From Macrotis lagotis (Eukaryota): a stretch of 64,000 nucleotides of DNA. The stretch is taken from positions 742,146,877 through 742,210,876 of the forward strand of contig NC_133658.1 in the NCBI RefSeq assembly GCF_037893015.1, written 5' to 3'. Below the pieces are notes generated by a model. The model worked only from the letters and a program-made list of their open reading frames with translations. It had not been told where the DNA came from and did not search any database. Positions 26,450-39,010 of this stretch are shown here, piece by piece; the stretch's first letter is position 1, and each line of letters starts with the position of its first letter. The position numbers were made by a program, and so were the translations under genes.

Positions 26450-27070
26450 CTCTGAGGTACCATTCACACCTCTCAGACTGGCCAATATGACTAGAAAGGA
26501 TAATGATTAATGTTGGAAGGGATGTAGGAAATCTAGGACACTAATGAACTGCTAATGGGAGCTGTCAACTAATCCAACCTTTCTGGAAAAAAAATTTAGA
26601 ATTTCGTCTAAAGGTCAATTAAACTGGGCATCCCCTTTGATCCAGCAATACCCCTGGGTCTGTGTACTGAAGAGGTCATGAAAAAGGGTAAAAATCCTGT
26701 ATGTACAAAAATATTCATAGCAGTTCCTTTTCCAGTTGCAAAGAACTGGAAATCGAGGGGATGTCCATCACTTGAGGAATGGCTAAACAAATTGGGGAAT
26801 GGCTAGACAAATTAGTATATGTGATGGAACTTTTATTGTTCTATAAAAAATCATGAAGGACAGGATTTCAGAAAAGCCTGGAGAGATTTGCAAACACAAT
26901 TTTATGGGACTTGTGATAGAAAATACCATCTGTATCCAGTGAAAGAACAAAGCTTATTATCTTCAATTTTTAAAATTTGTATTAAATATTATGCAATTTT
27001 GTTATCTTTTATGTTTTCTTTCTTCTTTTTGGATCAGATTCTTCTCGTACCACACATTCAATTTCGATCT
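26450..27070 (+). mobile_element. L1 3'-end fragment.
   Basis: Contains cacacctctcagactggccaatatgactagaaaggataatgattaatgttggaagggatgtaggaaatctaggacactaatgaactgctaatgggagctgtcaactaatccaacctttctgg... Confidence 0.85.
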
Positions 27071-27559
27071 ATGGTTTAGCATGGTTACAAATTAAAAATT
27101 GACTGGTAAAAACTATCACTGTATCTAATTGGAAAAATAAATATTTATATAATAAGAGTGGATTATTTACTGGGGGGGAAGGAATCACTCATTTGGAGCT
27201 GCAAAATGTAAGAATTAAGATGAGCAGGAAAAACTGATAAATCCTCTTTTTTCATCGAAAGGGAAAAATCCTATTAACTAAGAAAGCAAGCACCAATTCA
27301 ATCTCTAGTAAATAGTCCAGGAAAAACATACATGGGAAAATACCGAGTACTATTATTTTAAGTTGTCAGTATCAGACCAGGCAGGGACTGCCAATTTTCA
27401 GTGCTCTCAAAGCATTGCCAAGAGGAAGTATGAACACCTCTCTACTAGCCTGAGCTCTGTAGGTTTCAGACCTGAGATTTGGTCTTCTCTGAGAGGAGGT
27501 GCAGTAGAGTGTTGCTGGACAGAGTCATTTTCTTTCTTTTTTTTTTAAACTTATTTTAG

Positions 27560-28020
27560 AGTTTTATAAATTTTTCCCCTATTCTTGCTTCCTTCCTCCA
27601 CCACCCACAGAAGGCAGTCTGTCAGTCTTTACATTGTTTCCATGGTATATAGTGAACTAAGTTGAAGCTGATGAGAGAGAAATCAAATTCTTAAGGAAGA
27701 AAGAAAAAGTATAAGAGAAAGCAAGATTACATCATAAGATAATGGTTCTCCGCCCCCCCCCCCCCCATTGAAGGTAACAGTCTTTGGTCTTTGTTCAAAC
27801 TCCACAATTCTTTCTCAGGATACGGATGGTATTCTCCATCACAGATAGCTCAAAATTGTCTCTCATTGTTGCAATGATGGAATGAGCAAGTTAAGGTTAT
27901 CATCACCCCCATGTTGCTGTTAGGGGTGTACAATGTTTTTCTGGTTCTGCTCATCTTGCTCAGCATTAGTCCATGCAAATCCTTCCAGGCTTTCCTTGAA
28001 TTCCCATCCCTCCTGGTTTC
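27560..28020 (-). mobile_element. L1 3'-end fragment in reverse orientation.
   Basis: It is homologous to 31140-31560 (..ctttgttcaaactccacaattctttctc.ggatac.gatgg.attctccat..cagata...ccccatgttgctgttagggtgtacaatgtt). Confidence 0.7.
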
Positions 28021-28320
28021 TTTTTTCTTTTTATTTAATTTTAGAAAGGTTTTTTTTATTCATTTTGAGTTTTATTTTTATTTTTGAAAAAGTTTTACAA
28101 TTGTCCCCCCCAATCTTGCTTCCCTCCCCCACCCTGCCTTTTTATTTAATATTTAAATATTTATTTTCATTTTTGTACAAATGATTTTTTACATTAAAAT
28201 ATTCTTGTTTAAGAGTAAATGAAATACCCCCTCCCCCCATAAATATAGACTTGTTTGAGCGATAAAGTAAAGGGGAGAGGAAAAAATTAAAATAAAAAAA
28301 ATAGTAATAATTGTAGGTAT

Positions 28321-28455
28321 GGCCAGGTGGCGCAATGGACGGAGCACCAGCCCTGGAGCCATGACCACCCGAGCCTACGTCCAGCCCCGTACACCCAACG
28401 ATCACCCATCTGTGTGACATGCAAGCCACCCAAACCCCACTGCCCTGCAAAAACC
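28321..28455 (+). mobile_element. Strongly C-enriched, diverged SINE copy. It is the first unit of a local tandem pair.
   Basis: It aligns to the SINE consensus with many T>C changes (ttcaaatcc becomes cgtccagcc, acttaataattacc becomes acccaacgatcaccc). Confidence 0.6.
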
Positions 28456-28504
28456 AAAAAAGAAAAAAGAAAAAACAAAAGACCCAAAGTAAAATAAAAT
28501 AATA

Positions 28505-28615
28505 ATAGTAGGGGTGGTGGTTGGGTGGCGGACAGAGCATTGGCCCTTGAGCCAGGAGCACCTGGGTCCAAATCCAGCCTCAGACACCCAACGATTAATA
28601 ATAAAAAATGTGCTT
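28505..28615 (+). mobile_element. Second diverged SINE copy. It shares the derived changes of the first (ggacagagc, gagccaggagcacc, cagacacccaacgat).
   Basis: It shares its substitutions with 28321-28455. The upstream flank aaagtaaaataaaataataatagtagg is also duplicated. Confidence 0.55.
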
Positions 28616-29052
28616 GAGTCTTTGTTCCAACACCAACAACTCTGTCGCGGGTGGATCACATTCTTTATGATAAGTCCATGGTAAAAGTTAGTTCCATATT
28701 TTTCCATTGTTGCCATTGCTGATCGCAACTCTCTCCTTTCCTATTTCTCCACTACCATGTACTATATTTCCTCTCTCCTTTCACTCTGACTCTGTTGTAA
28801 AGTAGCTGAGTGGAGCAGCAGACAGATCCCCAGGTCTGGGGCCAAGAGGCCTGAGCCCCCATTCCACCCCTTAGGCCCAGCATCCACCCGGCCCTATGGT
28901 CCCGGACAGGCCATCCAATCCCAGCCTCTTGCAAGAAGTAAAGAAGAAAGTGTGTTATATCTGAAGACTCTTCCCCCATGGTCCATCCTCTCCTCCATCA
29001 CTCACATCCCTCCCCTGTCCCCACCTCTCCTTACTCCAGATGCCTATTCCCC

Positions 29053-29054
<2 letters not shown>

Positions 29055-29107
<53 letters not shown>
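29055..29107. repeat. Compound microsatellite of about 18 GT units followed by about 8 TA units.
   Basis: Directly visible tandem dinucleotides. Confidence 0.95.
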
Positions 29108-29769
29108 GCTGTTTCCTCTCCTAGCCACCTCTGATGAGAGCAAAGTTTCCCTCATTCCCCCCTTGCCTTCCCTCCTTCCATATCATTGCAATAGCTCACT
29201 GTAATAAACAAACATCTTATTGTATGAAATATCTTGGCCTATTCCCCCTCTCCTTTTTTTCTTTCTCCCATTACATTTCCCTTTTTTTCTATTGACTCCA
29301 TTTTTACACCATATTTTATCTTCAAATTCAGCTTTCTCCTGTGCTTCAACTATAAAAGCTTCCTCTACCTGCTCTATTAACTGAGAAGGGTCATATGAGC
29401 ATTATCAATGTCATTTTTCTATACAGGAATACATGCAGTTCATCATTATCATTAAGTCCCTCATATTTTCCCCTTCTCCTCCAATCTCTAAGCTTCACCT
29501 GAGTCCATCTTTTTCCCTGGAAGAGGACATTCATTTTTGCTGGGTAGTTTATTTCTTGGTTGCTTTCTAAGTTCTTTTGCCTTCCGGTATCTTATATTCC
29601 AAGCCCTAAGAGCTTCCTATGTAGTTGCTCCTAAGTCCTGTGTGATCCTGACTGCAGCTCCACGATATTTGAACTGTGTCCTTCTGGCTGCTTGTAATAT
29701 TTTCTCTTTGACCTGGGAGTTGTGGAACTTGGCTATAATATTCCTAGGGGTTGTTTTTTTGGGATCTCT

Positions 29770-31090
29770 CTCAGGGGGATAGGTGGATTCTCTCCATTTC
29801 TATTTTGCCCTCTGCTTCTAGAATATCAGGGCGATTTTCCTGTAGTAATTCTTTGAAAATGATGTCAAGGCTCTTTTCCTGATCATGACTTTTAGGTATT
29901 CCAATAATTTTTAAATTATCTTTCCTAAGTATGTTTTCCATACCAGTTGTTTTTTCAATGAGATATTTCACATTTTCTTCTAATTTTTTCATTTTTTTGG
30001 TTTTGAAGTATTGAATCTCCCTGAATTCTATTCTTTGTCTAAAGGATTTGTTCTCCTCAGAGTTTTCTTATCTCTTTTTCCATCTGGCCAATTTTGCTTT
30101 TTAAAGCATTCTTCTCCTCAATAACTTTTTGAACTGTTTTATCCATTTGACCTAAGCTGGTTTTTAACATGCTATTTTCTTCAGCATTTTTTTGGATTTC
30201 TTTGACTAAGCTACTGACTTCATTTTCATGTTTTTCCTGCATCTCTCACATCTCTTTTCCAAGTTTATCTTCTAACTCCCTCATGTGATTTTCAAAGTCT
30301 TTTTTGAGCTCTGTCATAGCCTGAGGCCAATTTGTTTTTCTTGGGAGTTTTTACATGCAGGAGTTTGTGCTTCCTCATCTTCAGACTGAGTATTTTGATC
30401 CTTCTTGGGCTCATTTGCAAAATATTTCTCAATGGTGTTCCTCTTGTTTCTCTGCTGGTTCATTTTCCCATCCTTAGCCTGTTTTGGGGGTGTTTCCTGA
30501 GCTTTTGGGACACTCCCACAAGGGTCTCAGTATGTGAGGCTCTGTCCTCCCTCCTGGTCTGTGAATGACCATATGCACCCCCCCTCTGCCATGGGGCTGA
30601 GGTGGAGGGGGGGGTTCCCTGCTGTTCTATGGGGGGGGCCTAGACTGCGATCAGGATCTGAACGTGGTCAGAGCCCCAGAGTCCTGTTCCAGGGGCAGAG
30701 GACAGAGCTCTGCACTCTCTTCACTCCCCTCCCTAGGTTCAATGGGCTTATGCCCTGGGGGCTCCTGCTTACTTGGCTCTGCCTGCTTCTGTTCCTGGAT
30801 CTGGGTTGTGCTGGCCATGGCTGCTTGCTGTGTGCCCTAAGGGCTGGGCTCCACGTGTTCGCTCTGGCAGAGGTCCCCCTCTGTTCCCCCACTTTGTGCC
30901 CGCTGCTCCCCGGGGTGTAGCTCAGGAGACTTCCCAGCACCTTGGGTCTACCTTCAGGAGGCTGAAGTTCTTTCACTCTGGCGGGCTGCCCCTCCAACTC
31001 CAGGGAGCAGAGCCTTTCTGCTCTTTTCCAGATTATCTTGAGTAGGAGAACTGCCTCCCTGGGTCCCTCTGTGGGTTGTCTCTCAAAAAT
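29770..31090 (-). mobile_element. L1 5' portion in reverse orientation. ORF1 (KNEVSSLVKEIQKNAEENSMLK...; IIGIPKSHDQEKSLDIIFKELLQENRPDILEAEGKIEMERIHLSP) is followed by a GC-rich 5'UTR.
   Basis: ORF-track peptides at 29771-29992 and 30057-30242 carry the L1 ORF1p signature (HDQ.KSLD.IF.E..QENCPD.LE.EGKIE.E..H.SP). Confidence 0.85.
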
Positions 31091-31139
31091 TTAGTTAGAG
31101 TCCTTAGCTTTCTAAGTTTTATGAGAGAGCACCTAAGAC

Positions 31140-31860
31140 ATGATCCTTTCTTGTTGCCATCTTGGTTCTGCCGCCAGAAGGCAGTTTGTTAGTCTTTAAG
31201 TCATTCCTATAGTATGCACTGATCTAAGTTGAGAGAGAAATCATATCCTTAAGGAAGAAACATACAGTATGAGACATAGAATTACCTAATAAGATAGCAT
31301 TTTTTTTTAATTAAACATAATAGTCTGATCTTTGTTCAAACTCCACAATTCTTTCTCTGGATACAGATGGCATTCTCCATTGCAGATATTCCAAAATTGT
31401 CTCTGATTGTTGCACTGATGGAATGAGCAAGTCCATTACGGTTGATTATTACCGCCCCCCATGTTGCTGTTAGGGTGTACAATGTTCTTCTGGTTATGCT
31501 CATCTCACTCTGCATCAGTTCATGCAAATACTTCCAGGTTTCCCTGAATTCCCACCCTCCTGGTTTCTAAAAGAACAATAGTGTTCCATGACATACATAT
31601 ACCAGTTTGTTAGGCCATCCACAATTGAAGGACATTCAGTTCATTCCCAATTCTTTGCTACCACAAAGCTGCTATGAATATTTTTGTACAAGTAATGTTT
31701 TTACCCCTTTTCATAATCTCTTCAGGGCTTAGACTCAGTATATTGCTGGATCAAAGGGTATGCACATTTTTGTTGTCCTTTGGACGTAATTTCAAATTGC
31801 TCTCCAGAAAAGTTGAATGAATTCCCTGCTCCATCAACAATGCATTAGTTAGACAGAGTC
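31140..31860 (-). mobile_element. L1 3'-end in reverse orientation.
   Basis: It is the reverse complement of the L1 3' module (ttgccaccacaaa..gtattgctggatcaaagggtatgcac...). Confidence 0.8.
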
Positions 31861-32479
31861 ATTTTCAACCAGCTGAAAAGTTCTGCAGGTTCAGAAAGAC
31901 AAAACTGAAGGCTCCCTCTCCCTTTGGACTGGTTTCTTGGTTATTCAGTTGCAAGTTTTTAGACTAGGCTAAATAGCTGGAACAAAGACCCTGCTCTGCT
32001 TCCCAGGGTCAAAGCCACATAAATACTACATGTTTTTTTTATACTTGCTTCTTGCTCAGTATACAACCAAGGGCCCATGATTGCTTCTTATCTGGGACCA
32101 AAACTTCTAAGTAGATGTAAAGTCATTGTTAATGCTTCAAAGTAAGAGTGGGAAGATTTCTCTGGTAGAGTCCCCAAGGGATTTTTGTTTGATTTTGTCC
32201 TGTTAAACATTTTTATACACAAATCAAACATATACATATAACACAAAAGTGGAACAACTAGCTATCAGAGTGGATAAGGGCATCAGGACCCAAAAGGACC
32301 TCAATAGGCTAGAGCATTAAACTGAATTTAATGCAATGAAATTCAACTTTAACAAATGCAAAATTTGGGCTAAAATTTACTAATTTTAAGATGAATAAAT
32401 GTAAAAGTATTTATTAAGAGCTTACTATAATGGCAAGTCCTGGGCTAAGCAATAGGGATACAAACACAAGCCCTTTTGG

Positions 32480-33100
32480 TAACTAAGTTATGGCAGCTTC
32501 TATTTGGTCTTTGAACTAGAAATTCTGGATCTTGGCTATGTTGTAACTAGGAAAATTCATTTTAGGGTTTCTTTCAGTAGAGTCTTTCCATTCTTTGCCC
32601 TCTAGTTCTAAGACACCTGAGCAGCTTTCTTTTAGGATGTTTAAGCTCTTTTTTTGGTCAAGACTTTCAAGTAGTCCAATAATTCTTAAATGATATCTCC
32701 TCCGTCTTCTAGATCAGCTGTCTTTCTATGAGACAGATATTTTAAATTTTCCTGTTTTTTCCCCCAGTTTTTCCTTTACTTTGTTTTAGTATTTCTTTTT
32801 GTTTCAAGAAGGCATAATGACTTTGAGGAGCCATTCTAATTTTTAAGAAGTCTTTGCTTGGCTAAGGTTTTGTACCTCTTGTGCCAAGCTATGAATTCTC
32901 TTTTCAATTCTTTTATAGCTGTCATTTCTTTTCTAATTATTCCTTCTAGTATTCTCTTGGACAAATAATATTAAATTCAAGAAAACTACTTTCATTTCTT
33001 CCAAGAATTCTAATTGAATTTGTGACCAAACTCATTTTTTTTTCCTTTGAGGCTTGCTTGTAGATATTTTTGAAGTCATTCTCTTCAAGATTTATGCCCT
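32480..33100 (-). mobile_element. L1 fragment in reverse orientation, from the ORF1-proximal region.
   Basis: It is similar to 29780-30330 (..ttttaggtattccaataatt.ttaaat.atctttcc...). Confidence 0.5.
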
Positions 33101-33107
33101 GTCAGAG

Positions 33108-33190
33108 GGCAGCAAGGTGGTGTAGTGAATAGAGCATTGGCCCTGGAGTGTCCGACTTCAGACACTTAAAATTAGCTAGCTGTGTTCCTA
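33108..33190 (+). repeat. Truncated SINE head.
   Basis: Head is gggcagcaaggtggtgtagtgaatagagcattggccctggagtg. Confidence 0.7.
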
Positions 33191-34099
33191 TCATCATAAT
33201 AACTTCTAATGATAGTATTTTTGCTGGATTGCTCATTCTTCTTACCTACTTTAAGATTTCTGGCCAGGTTCAGTATACTTCTGGAGGGAGTCTGGGCTAT
33301 TGTTCAGTCTCTCAGTGAATCTGTGAGACAGTACTGGGTAGTGAGTGATACGACTACTAGCCAGCACTTATTCCTGCTCCCCGCACAAGGTCAAGACCTT
33401 CTAAGGGTCTTGGGACTCCACTTTGTTCTACTGCACAGTCTTGATAGAAAAACATATGCACCACACTCTTAAGATTATATCCTCAGTGTCAATAGATGCT
33501 TTTTCTGACAAGTGGTTAAAAAAAATGAATCGCTGTGATTTTTTTTATCTTGGATTTTCTAGTCAGGACTTAGTCTGGTTGTATGTCCCACATCTTTGTG
33601 TAGTAGTAGCAGAGGAGAGTTCAGTTGTATTTCTCCTTACTTTGCTATCTTGGCTATCTTCTAATATTATATTCTAACAGATGAAAACACATAAAGGGCA
33701 CTAGAGGCCAGGGAAGAGTGTTCTGAACAGGGCAGTCAGAAGGAATGCTCAATCGAATCACAGGGCAAATGACTGATATGTCCTTTCCAGGAAAAGAAGT
33801 ACTGATTTGGTTACTATTCTAGAGCTAGAAATAGAAAAAGGGGTTGGAGAGGACTTCCAGTCAAGATGGGAGAAAGAAGACAGGCACAATTCTAAAGTCT
33901 CCTGATCTTTCCCCATCTATCATATGAAACAAACCTCTTAAAAGAAATCCAACCCACAAAACCCAGAAAGAAAAGCCAGGAGAGAGAACATCCACCTCAG
34001 GATTTGTGTCCTTCAGCAGCACTGGATGAATTCCGTGGATGAATCTGGGAGCAGAGGGAGGATCAGCCCCGGATCAGCCAGATTAGCAGCTGAATTGGA

Positions 34100-34950
34100 G
34101 CCAGGGAGTCTGAGGGCCCAAGGATAATGATCATTGTTGGAAGGGTTGTGGGAAATCTGGGACACTATTACACTGTTGGTGGAGCTGTGAACTCATCCAA
34201 CCCTTCTGGAGAGCTATTTGGAACTATGCCCAAAGGGCAACAAAAATGTGCATACCCTTTGACCCAGTAATACCACTACTGGATCTATACCCTTAAAAGA
34301 TGAAGAAAAAAGGTAAAAACATTACCTGTACAAAAATATTTACAGCAGCCCTGTTTGTGGTGGCAAAGAATTGGAAATCAAGTAAATGTCCTTCACTTGG
34401 GGAATGGCTTAGCAAACTGCGCTATATGTATGTCATGGAACACTATTCTCCTATTAGAAACCAGGAGGGATGGGAATTCAGGGAAGCCTGGAGTGATTTG
34501 CATGAACTGATGCTGAGTGAGATGAGCAGAAGCAGAAAAACACTGTATACCCTAACAGCAACATGGGGGTGATGATCAACCTTGAAGGACTCATTCATTC
34601 CATCAGTACAACAATCAGGGACAATTTTGGGATATCTACAATGGAGAATGCCACCTGTATCCAGAGAAACCACTGTGGAATTTGAACAAAGTCCAAGAAC
34701 TATTTCCTTTAATTTCGAAAAAACAAAACACTGATATCTTATTGTCCGATCTTGTAATCTCTTATATTTTATGTTTCTTCCTTAAGGATATGATTTCTCT
34801 CTCATCCCACTCAATTTGGATCAATGTACAACATGGAAACAATGTAAAGACTGACAAATTGCTTTGTGTGGGAGGTGGGGTGGGAGGGAAGATTGAGGAA
34901 AAAATTGTACAACTCAAAATAAATAAAATCTTTAATAAAAAAGAATATTT
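34100..34950 (+). mobile_element. L1 3'-end. It is antisense to MPHOSPH8 and lies about 350 bp from the exon 3 donor.
   Basis: It is strongly collinear with the 54560-55670 copy and with the mammalian L1 3' end (gttggaagggttgtgggaaatctgggacactattacactgttggtggagctgtgaactcatccaaccc...). Confidence 0.9.
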
Positions 34951-35306
34951 TGTTCAAATATTTTCTAAACTCATACTTCTAAATAATTTTGAAAACAAGC
35001 AAAGTTCACAGCAACAACTTGTCATGGAAATGGATTTTATAAAATTAGGAGCAAGAAAGTACTGAGAAGAAGGAGCTAATCAGCTCACGATATTCTGTTA
35101 GACATCACTAATTTAAAGAGAAGTGGTTCAATTGTACCCTTAGAATTCCTTAATAACCCCATGCAAGAAATACTATATTTTATATTTTATTTCCACTATT
35201 TCTCTGTAAAACAAATTTTTTCCCCCAAATTATTTTCCCTACATGGTTGATTCAAGCAACATCCTTTTATACTTTAACTACCCTCTTCTAACATTGAGTA
35301 ACTTAC

Positions 35307-36155
35307 CTCTCCAACTGAATCAGTAGACCTTCGACCTCGTTCTTCACCACCCAGTTTTGTGCTCTTCTGAATTTGAGCAGGTGTAGAAATTAATTTATCT
35401 ACCTCTATTGGACCTTTGACTTTTTCTTGATTCTTTTGCTTTTTGTACAAACTTTTTTTCTCATGGTATGGGTCCTTATTTTCTACCTTTCTAATCTCTT
35501 CTTTATATTCTTCAACTTTCTTTAATTTCTTTTTTTTCCTTTTTGTTCTGACATCAAAATCTTCTTCAGCACTTACTGAATCATCTGGTTGTTTCTCAGA
35601 AATCATATCTTGAAGTATGTCATGTTCGAACTTATCCTTTACAATTTTAAATTTCTGTTTCTCTACTTTGTTATCAGAAGGTAAATCTTCACTGTCATCA
35701 TCAGCCAACTGAGAAAGTGAATCATCAAATGTACTTGACTCAGATTCTATCAGAGATTCACTAAGCTTCTCTTTCTTTTTTTTGCTTTCTTTAAAATCAT
35801 CTTTTGCTTTTCCCCTTGAGTCTTTAATTTCACCCCTTTTTACTTTTTTTGTTTCTCTTAAATCATCTTTTCTGGTCTTTTTGTACTCCTTTGAATCTTC
35901 TTTAGATTCCAAAATCCTTTTCTTGGACTTTGAATCAAAGACCAAATTTTCTGAGGAATTTTCCAGTTGTATTTTAGACTTATCTTTTAGTTTACCAGAC
36001 TTCCATTTTTTCTTTTTCAAATCATCAGGACTTTTGTCTTCTCTATATCTTGACTTTTTCTTCTTTTTCTTGGGAGAAATTTCCTCTTTTGTTTCACTTT
36101 GCCAGTCACTGTCAGATTCTGCCTCAAAAATGTCGTCATCATTCAAAACTAGTCT
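35307..36155 (-). CDS. MPHOSPH8: MPHOSPH8 exon 3, an 849-nt exon of 283 codons. It encodes RLVLNDDDIFEAESDSDWQSETKEEISPKKKKKK...STDSVGE, a lysine/glutamate/aspartate/serine-rich low-complexity region.
   Basis: The acceptor is ttattttgtag|AGACTA and the donor is GAG|gtaagt. It is collinear with human MPP8 RLSLNNDIFEANSDSDQQSETKEDTSPKKKKKK...STDSAEE. Confidence 0.85.
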
Positions 36156-36404
36156 CTACAAAATAAAGACATAAAAAGGTTAAAAATACTTAAATCCTAC
36201 TTTTGTCTTCTACATTTCTTCTACCTGATTTCCAGTATAAAAAACTTAACCAGAATTTTTTTAAAAAGTTTTCAAGAACATTTTAAGGCAGTCTCTGAAA
36301 TCAAGTTCTATGGTATTATTATTTCTTAATTTGAAATATTGATCAAGAAAAAATTATTCAAAGGGTATGAAGATAATTTTTGTTAACTTCTAACTTTTGT
36401 CCTG

Positions 36405-36560
36405 TATTGTTGGGGTTTTTTTTTGCAAGGCAATGGGGTTAAGTGATCTGCCCAAGGTCACACAGTTAAGTAAATATTAAGTGTCTGAGGTCACATTTGA
36501 ACTTGGGTCCTCCTGTCTCCAGGGCTGTTGCTCTAATCTACTGCACCACCTAGCTGCCCC
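36405..36560 (-). mobile_element. tRNA-derived SINE in reverse orientation.
   Basis: Consensus match. Confidence 0.9.
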
Positions 36561-38499
36561 CTTTTTCTCTTTTTTTCTTTTTGTTTTTGCAGTCAACTAT
36601 CTTTCTTACACCTTTACAAACAAGGTAATATTCAACACTCTTTGAATAACTTTACTGGTTGAGACTCTAATCTGAAAATGTTCTTATAAACAAAAAGCTT
36701 GTTATCTGTTTAAAAGTTTTCATAGAATAGTTTTATATATAATTTGAAAAAACATGGAAGCAAATTAAATAACAATAAGGAAATGTATAAACAAATCAAT
36801 GTAATGGAATACTTATACAATGAAGACTAAAAATTAGGAAATCAAGATATATATTCATTAAAAATAATATAAAGTCAAGAAAGTCAAAGGATAAAGTACA
36901 TGCTTATACCCATATAACAGAATATGTGAATGAGAATAAACAAAGAATGTCAATGAGAACTTGGAGGAAGTAACTAAAAATGATTAGCACTTTGTGTTAA
37001 TTATTGTAAACTTTATACAATGAATTTAGTTTAAACCCATCTAGTTAAAAAAAAAACATATGAGAAAAAGTACAACCAAAAGAATACTTTATTTCAAAGT
37101 CCTTTAAGGTCCACACAGAAAAGCAAATAATAATTAAAAATGGTAGCAACAGCTAGAAGACAGAATGTATTTAATTTAAATCTATTAGAATGACATATCT
37201 AATCAGAATTTTGAGATAAAACCATTCTTCTAAAATAAAGAATATTGTTTGTTTTTAATATGTAATTTCATATAGTAATAAGTATAGATTTTTAAAGAAT
37301 GTACTATAAAAAGTCTACATTCTCTGAAGATTAGTAACCGTTTTTTGCCCACCAAAACATCAAAGAGACATGAGATTATTTGGGAATGCTATGAGTCATA
37401 TTTGAAATGCTACTCTGATAATTGGCAGCTTTGGAACCAACAGCACTTTACCAGAGATCAGACTTGTACATGATTTATATCAAGAGTGTCTGCAGAAATA
37501 ATAGGAGAAAGGGGGCACAAGGCAGTATAGATATCTTGGAACATCAATGGTACACATTCTAAATGACAGAAAAACTGAAAAGCATTACTAGCAGCAGCTG
37601 CCAAAGCAAAGACCAATCACATGGAAAAATTCACTGTTTAAGCACAGATAATCAACTTGTCACCAAAGGTATGAATGAATAGGTTAACAAATGAAAGAAA
37701 AATGGAAATAAAACAAGTAGAAAAAAGAACCTTGTGCAGACAGAATAATTCACTTAAGCAGATAATATGACTCAGGAGAAGGAATATTGAGTAGTCTTGC
37801 TCATTCAAAAAAGGTAATACGTAAGTGCAAAAATCAGCCAGATAACACACTTGAAAGTTAAAAAGATTTGCTTAACACAAAGGCATCCCTCCAATATTTC
37901 TCTAAACATTTTCTCATATTCCTTTTTTCCCTTGTGTTGGAATCATATTCCATGATGATCTATGGTCATTTTCTTCATGTTTTCTAGGTTTTTTTTCCCC
38001 CAGGTTTTTCCATGTATTAATGTTTTAAATTTATTATAATACAAACTCTAAACTGTAACTTACTGATTCTTGTCCCAGACCACCTCTAGAATTCATCAAG
38101 ATTGCCTGACTTGGTCACATGGCTTGGGTTAATGGCAGTCATCAACTTTTCCTTCAGATAAATGAAAGGCTAAACAAATTACTACTTATTCTGCAACTGT
38201 CTTCTATAGACTTCCTGGCCTTACCAACTGCCCCGATATATAATCTCAGCAGTTCCTAAAACTGTCATTTGACCTCCTACAAGGAGGCCTGTCTGGTCAT
38301 TGGCATATGACTTTCTGATGACTTTTTAACTTTTCTCTTTGTCCGGCAGCTAAATTCCATTGTGCTGTCTTCTTCTAACTTAAGAGCAGTAAATCTAACC
38401 AACTTTTCCTTACCTAATGGATATTTCAAGCTCAACATACCAAAAACAAAACTCACCATCATCTTTTCCCCAAACTCCTCTTCTAAACTTCCTTATTTC

Positions 38500-39010
38500 T
38501 ATGTTAAATGTGGGAAAGGAAGTGGGAAAATGGGGACACTGATGCACAGTTGGTAGAACTGTGAACTGATCCAACCACTCTGGGGACCATGGATCTATGC
38601 CCAAAGAGCTATAAAATTATGCATACTTTTTGATTGAGCAATACATACCACTGGTAGGTCTGTAAACCCAGAGATTAAAAAAAAAGGATCCATTTGTACA
38701 AAACTATTTATAGCAGTTTTTTGTGGTAGCAAAGAATTGGAAATTGAGGGGATACCCATCAATTGGTGAATGGCTAAGGAAGGTATGTATATGATGGTAT
38801 TAGAGTACAATTGTACTGTAAGGAATGATGAGCAGAATTACTTCAGAATAACCTGGAAAGATGTACATGAACTGATTAAAAGTGAAAAGAATAAAACCAG
38901 GAGAATATTGTACACAGTAATACTGTACCATGATCACTTAGGAATAGCTTAGCTATTCTCAGTAATACAATGATCCAAGATAATTCCAAAGGTCTCATCA
39001 TGAAAAATGC
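38500..39010 (+). mobile_element. L1 3'-end fragment.
   Basis: Contains aaatgtgggaaaggaagtgggaaaatggggacactgatgcacagttggtagaactgtgaactgatccaaccactctgg... Confidence 0.8.

Noticed and set aside
28142-28979. A cluster of overlapping minus-strand ORFs of 94-139 aa.
   Set aside because: They fall in low-complexity sequence (homopolymer runs and degenerate SINEs) and overlap each other in different frames, with no coding signature.
35782-36174. A 130-aa plus-strand ORF antisense to exon 3.
   Set aside because: It is an artefact of the purine-rich, low-complexity coding strand of exon 3. The sense frame matches MPP8.
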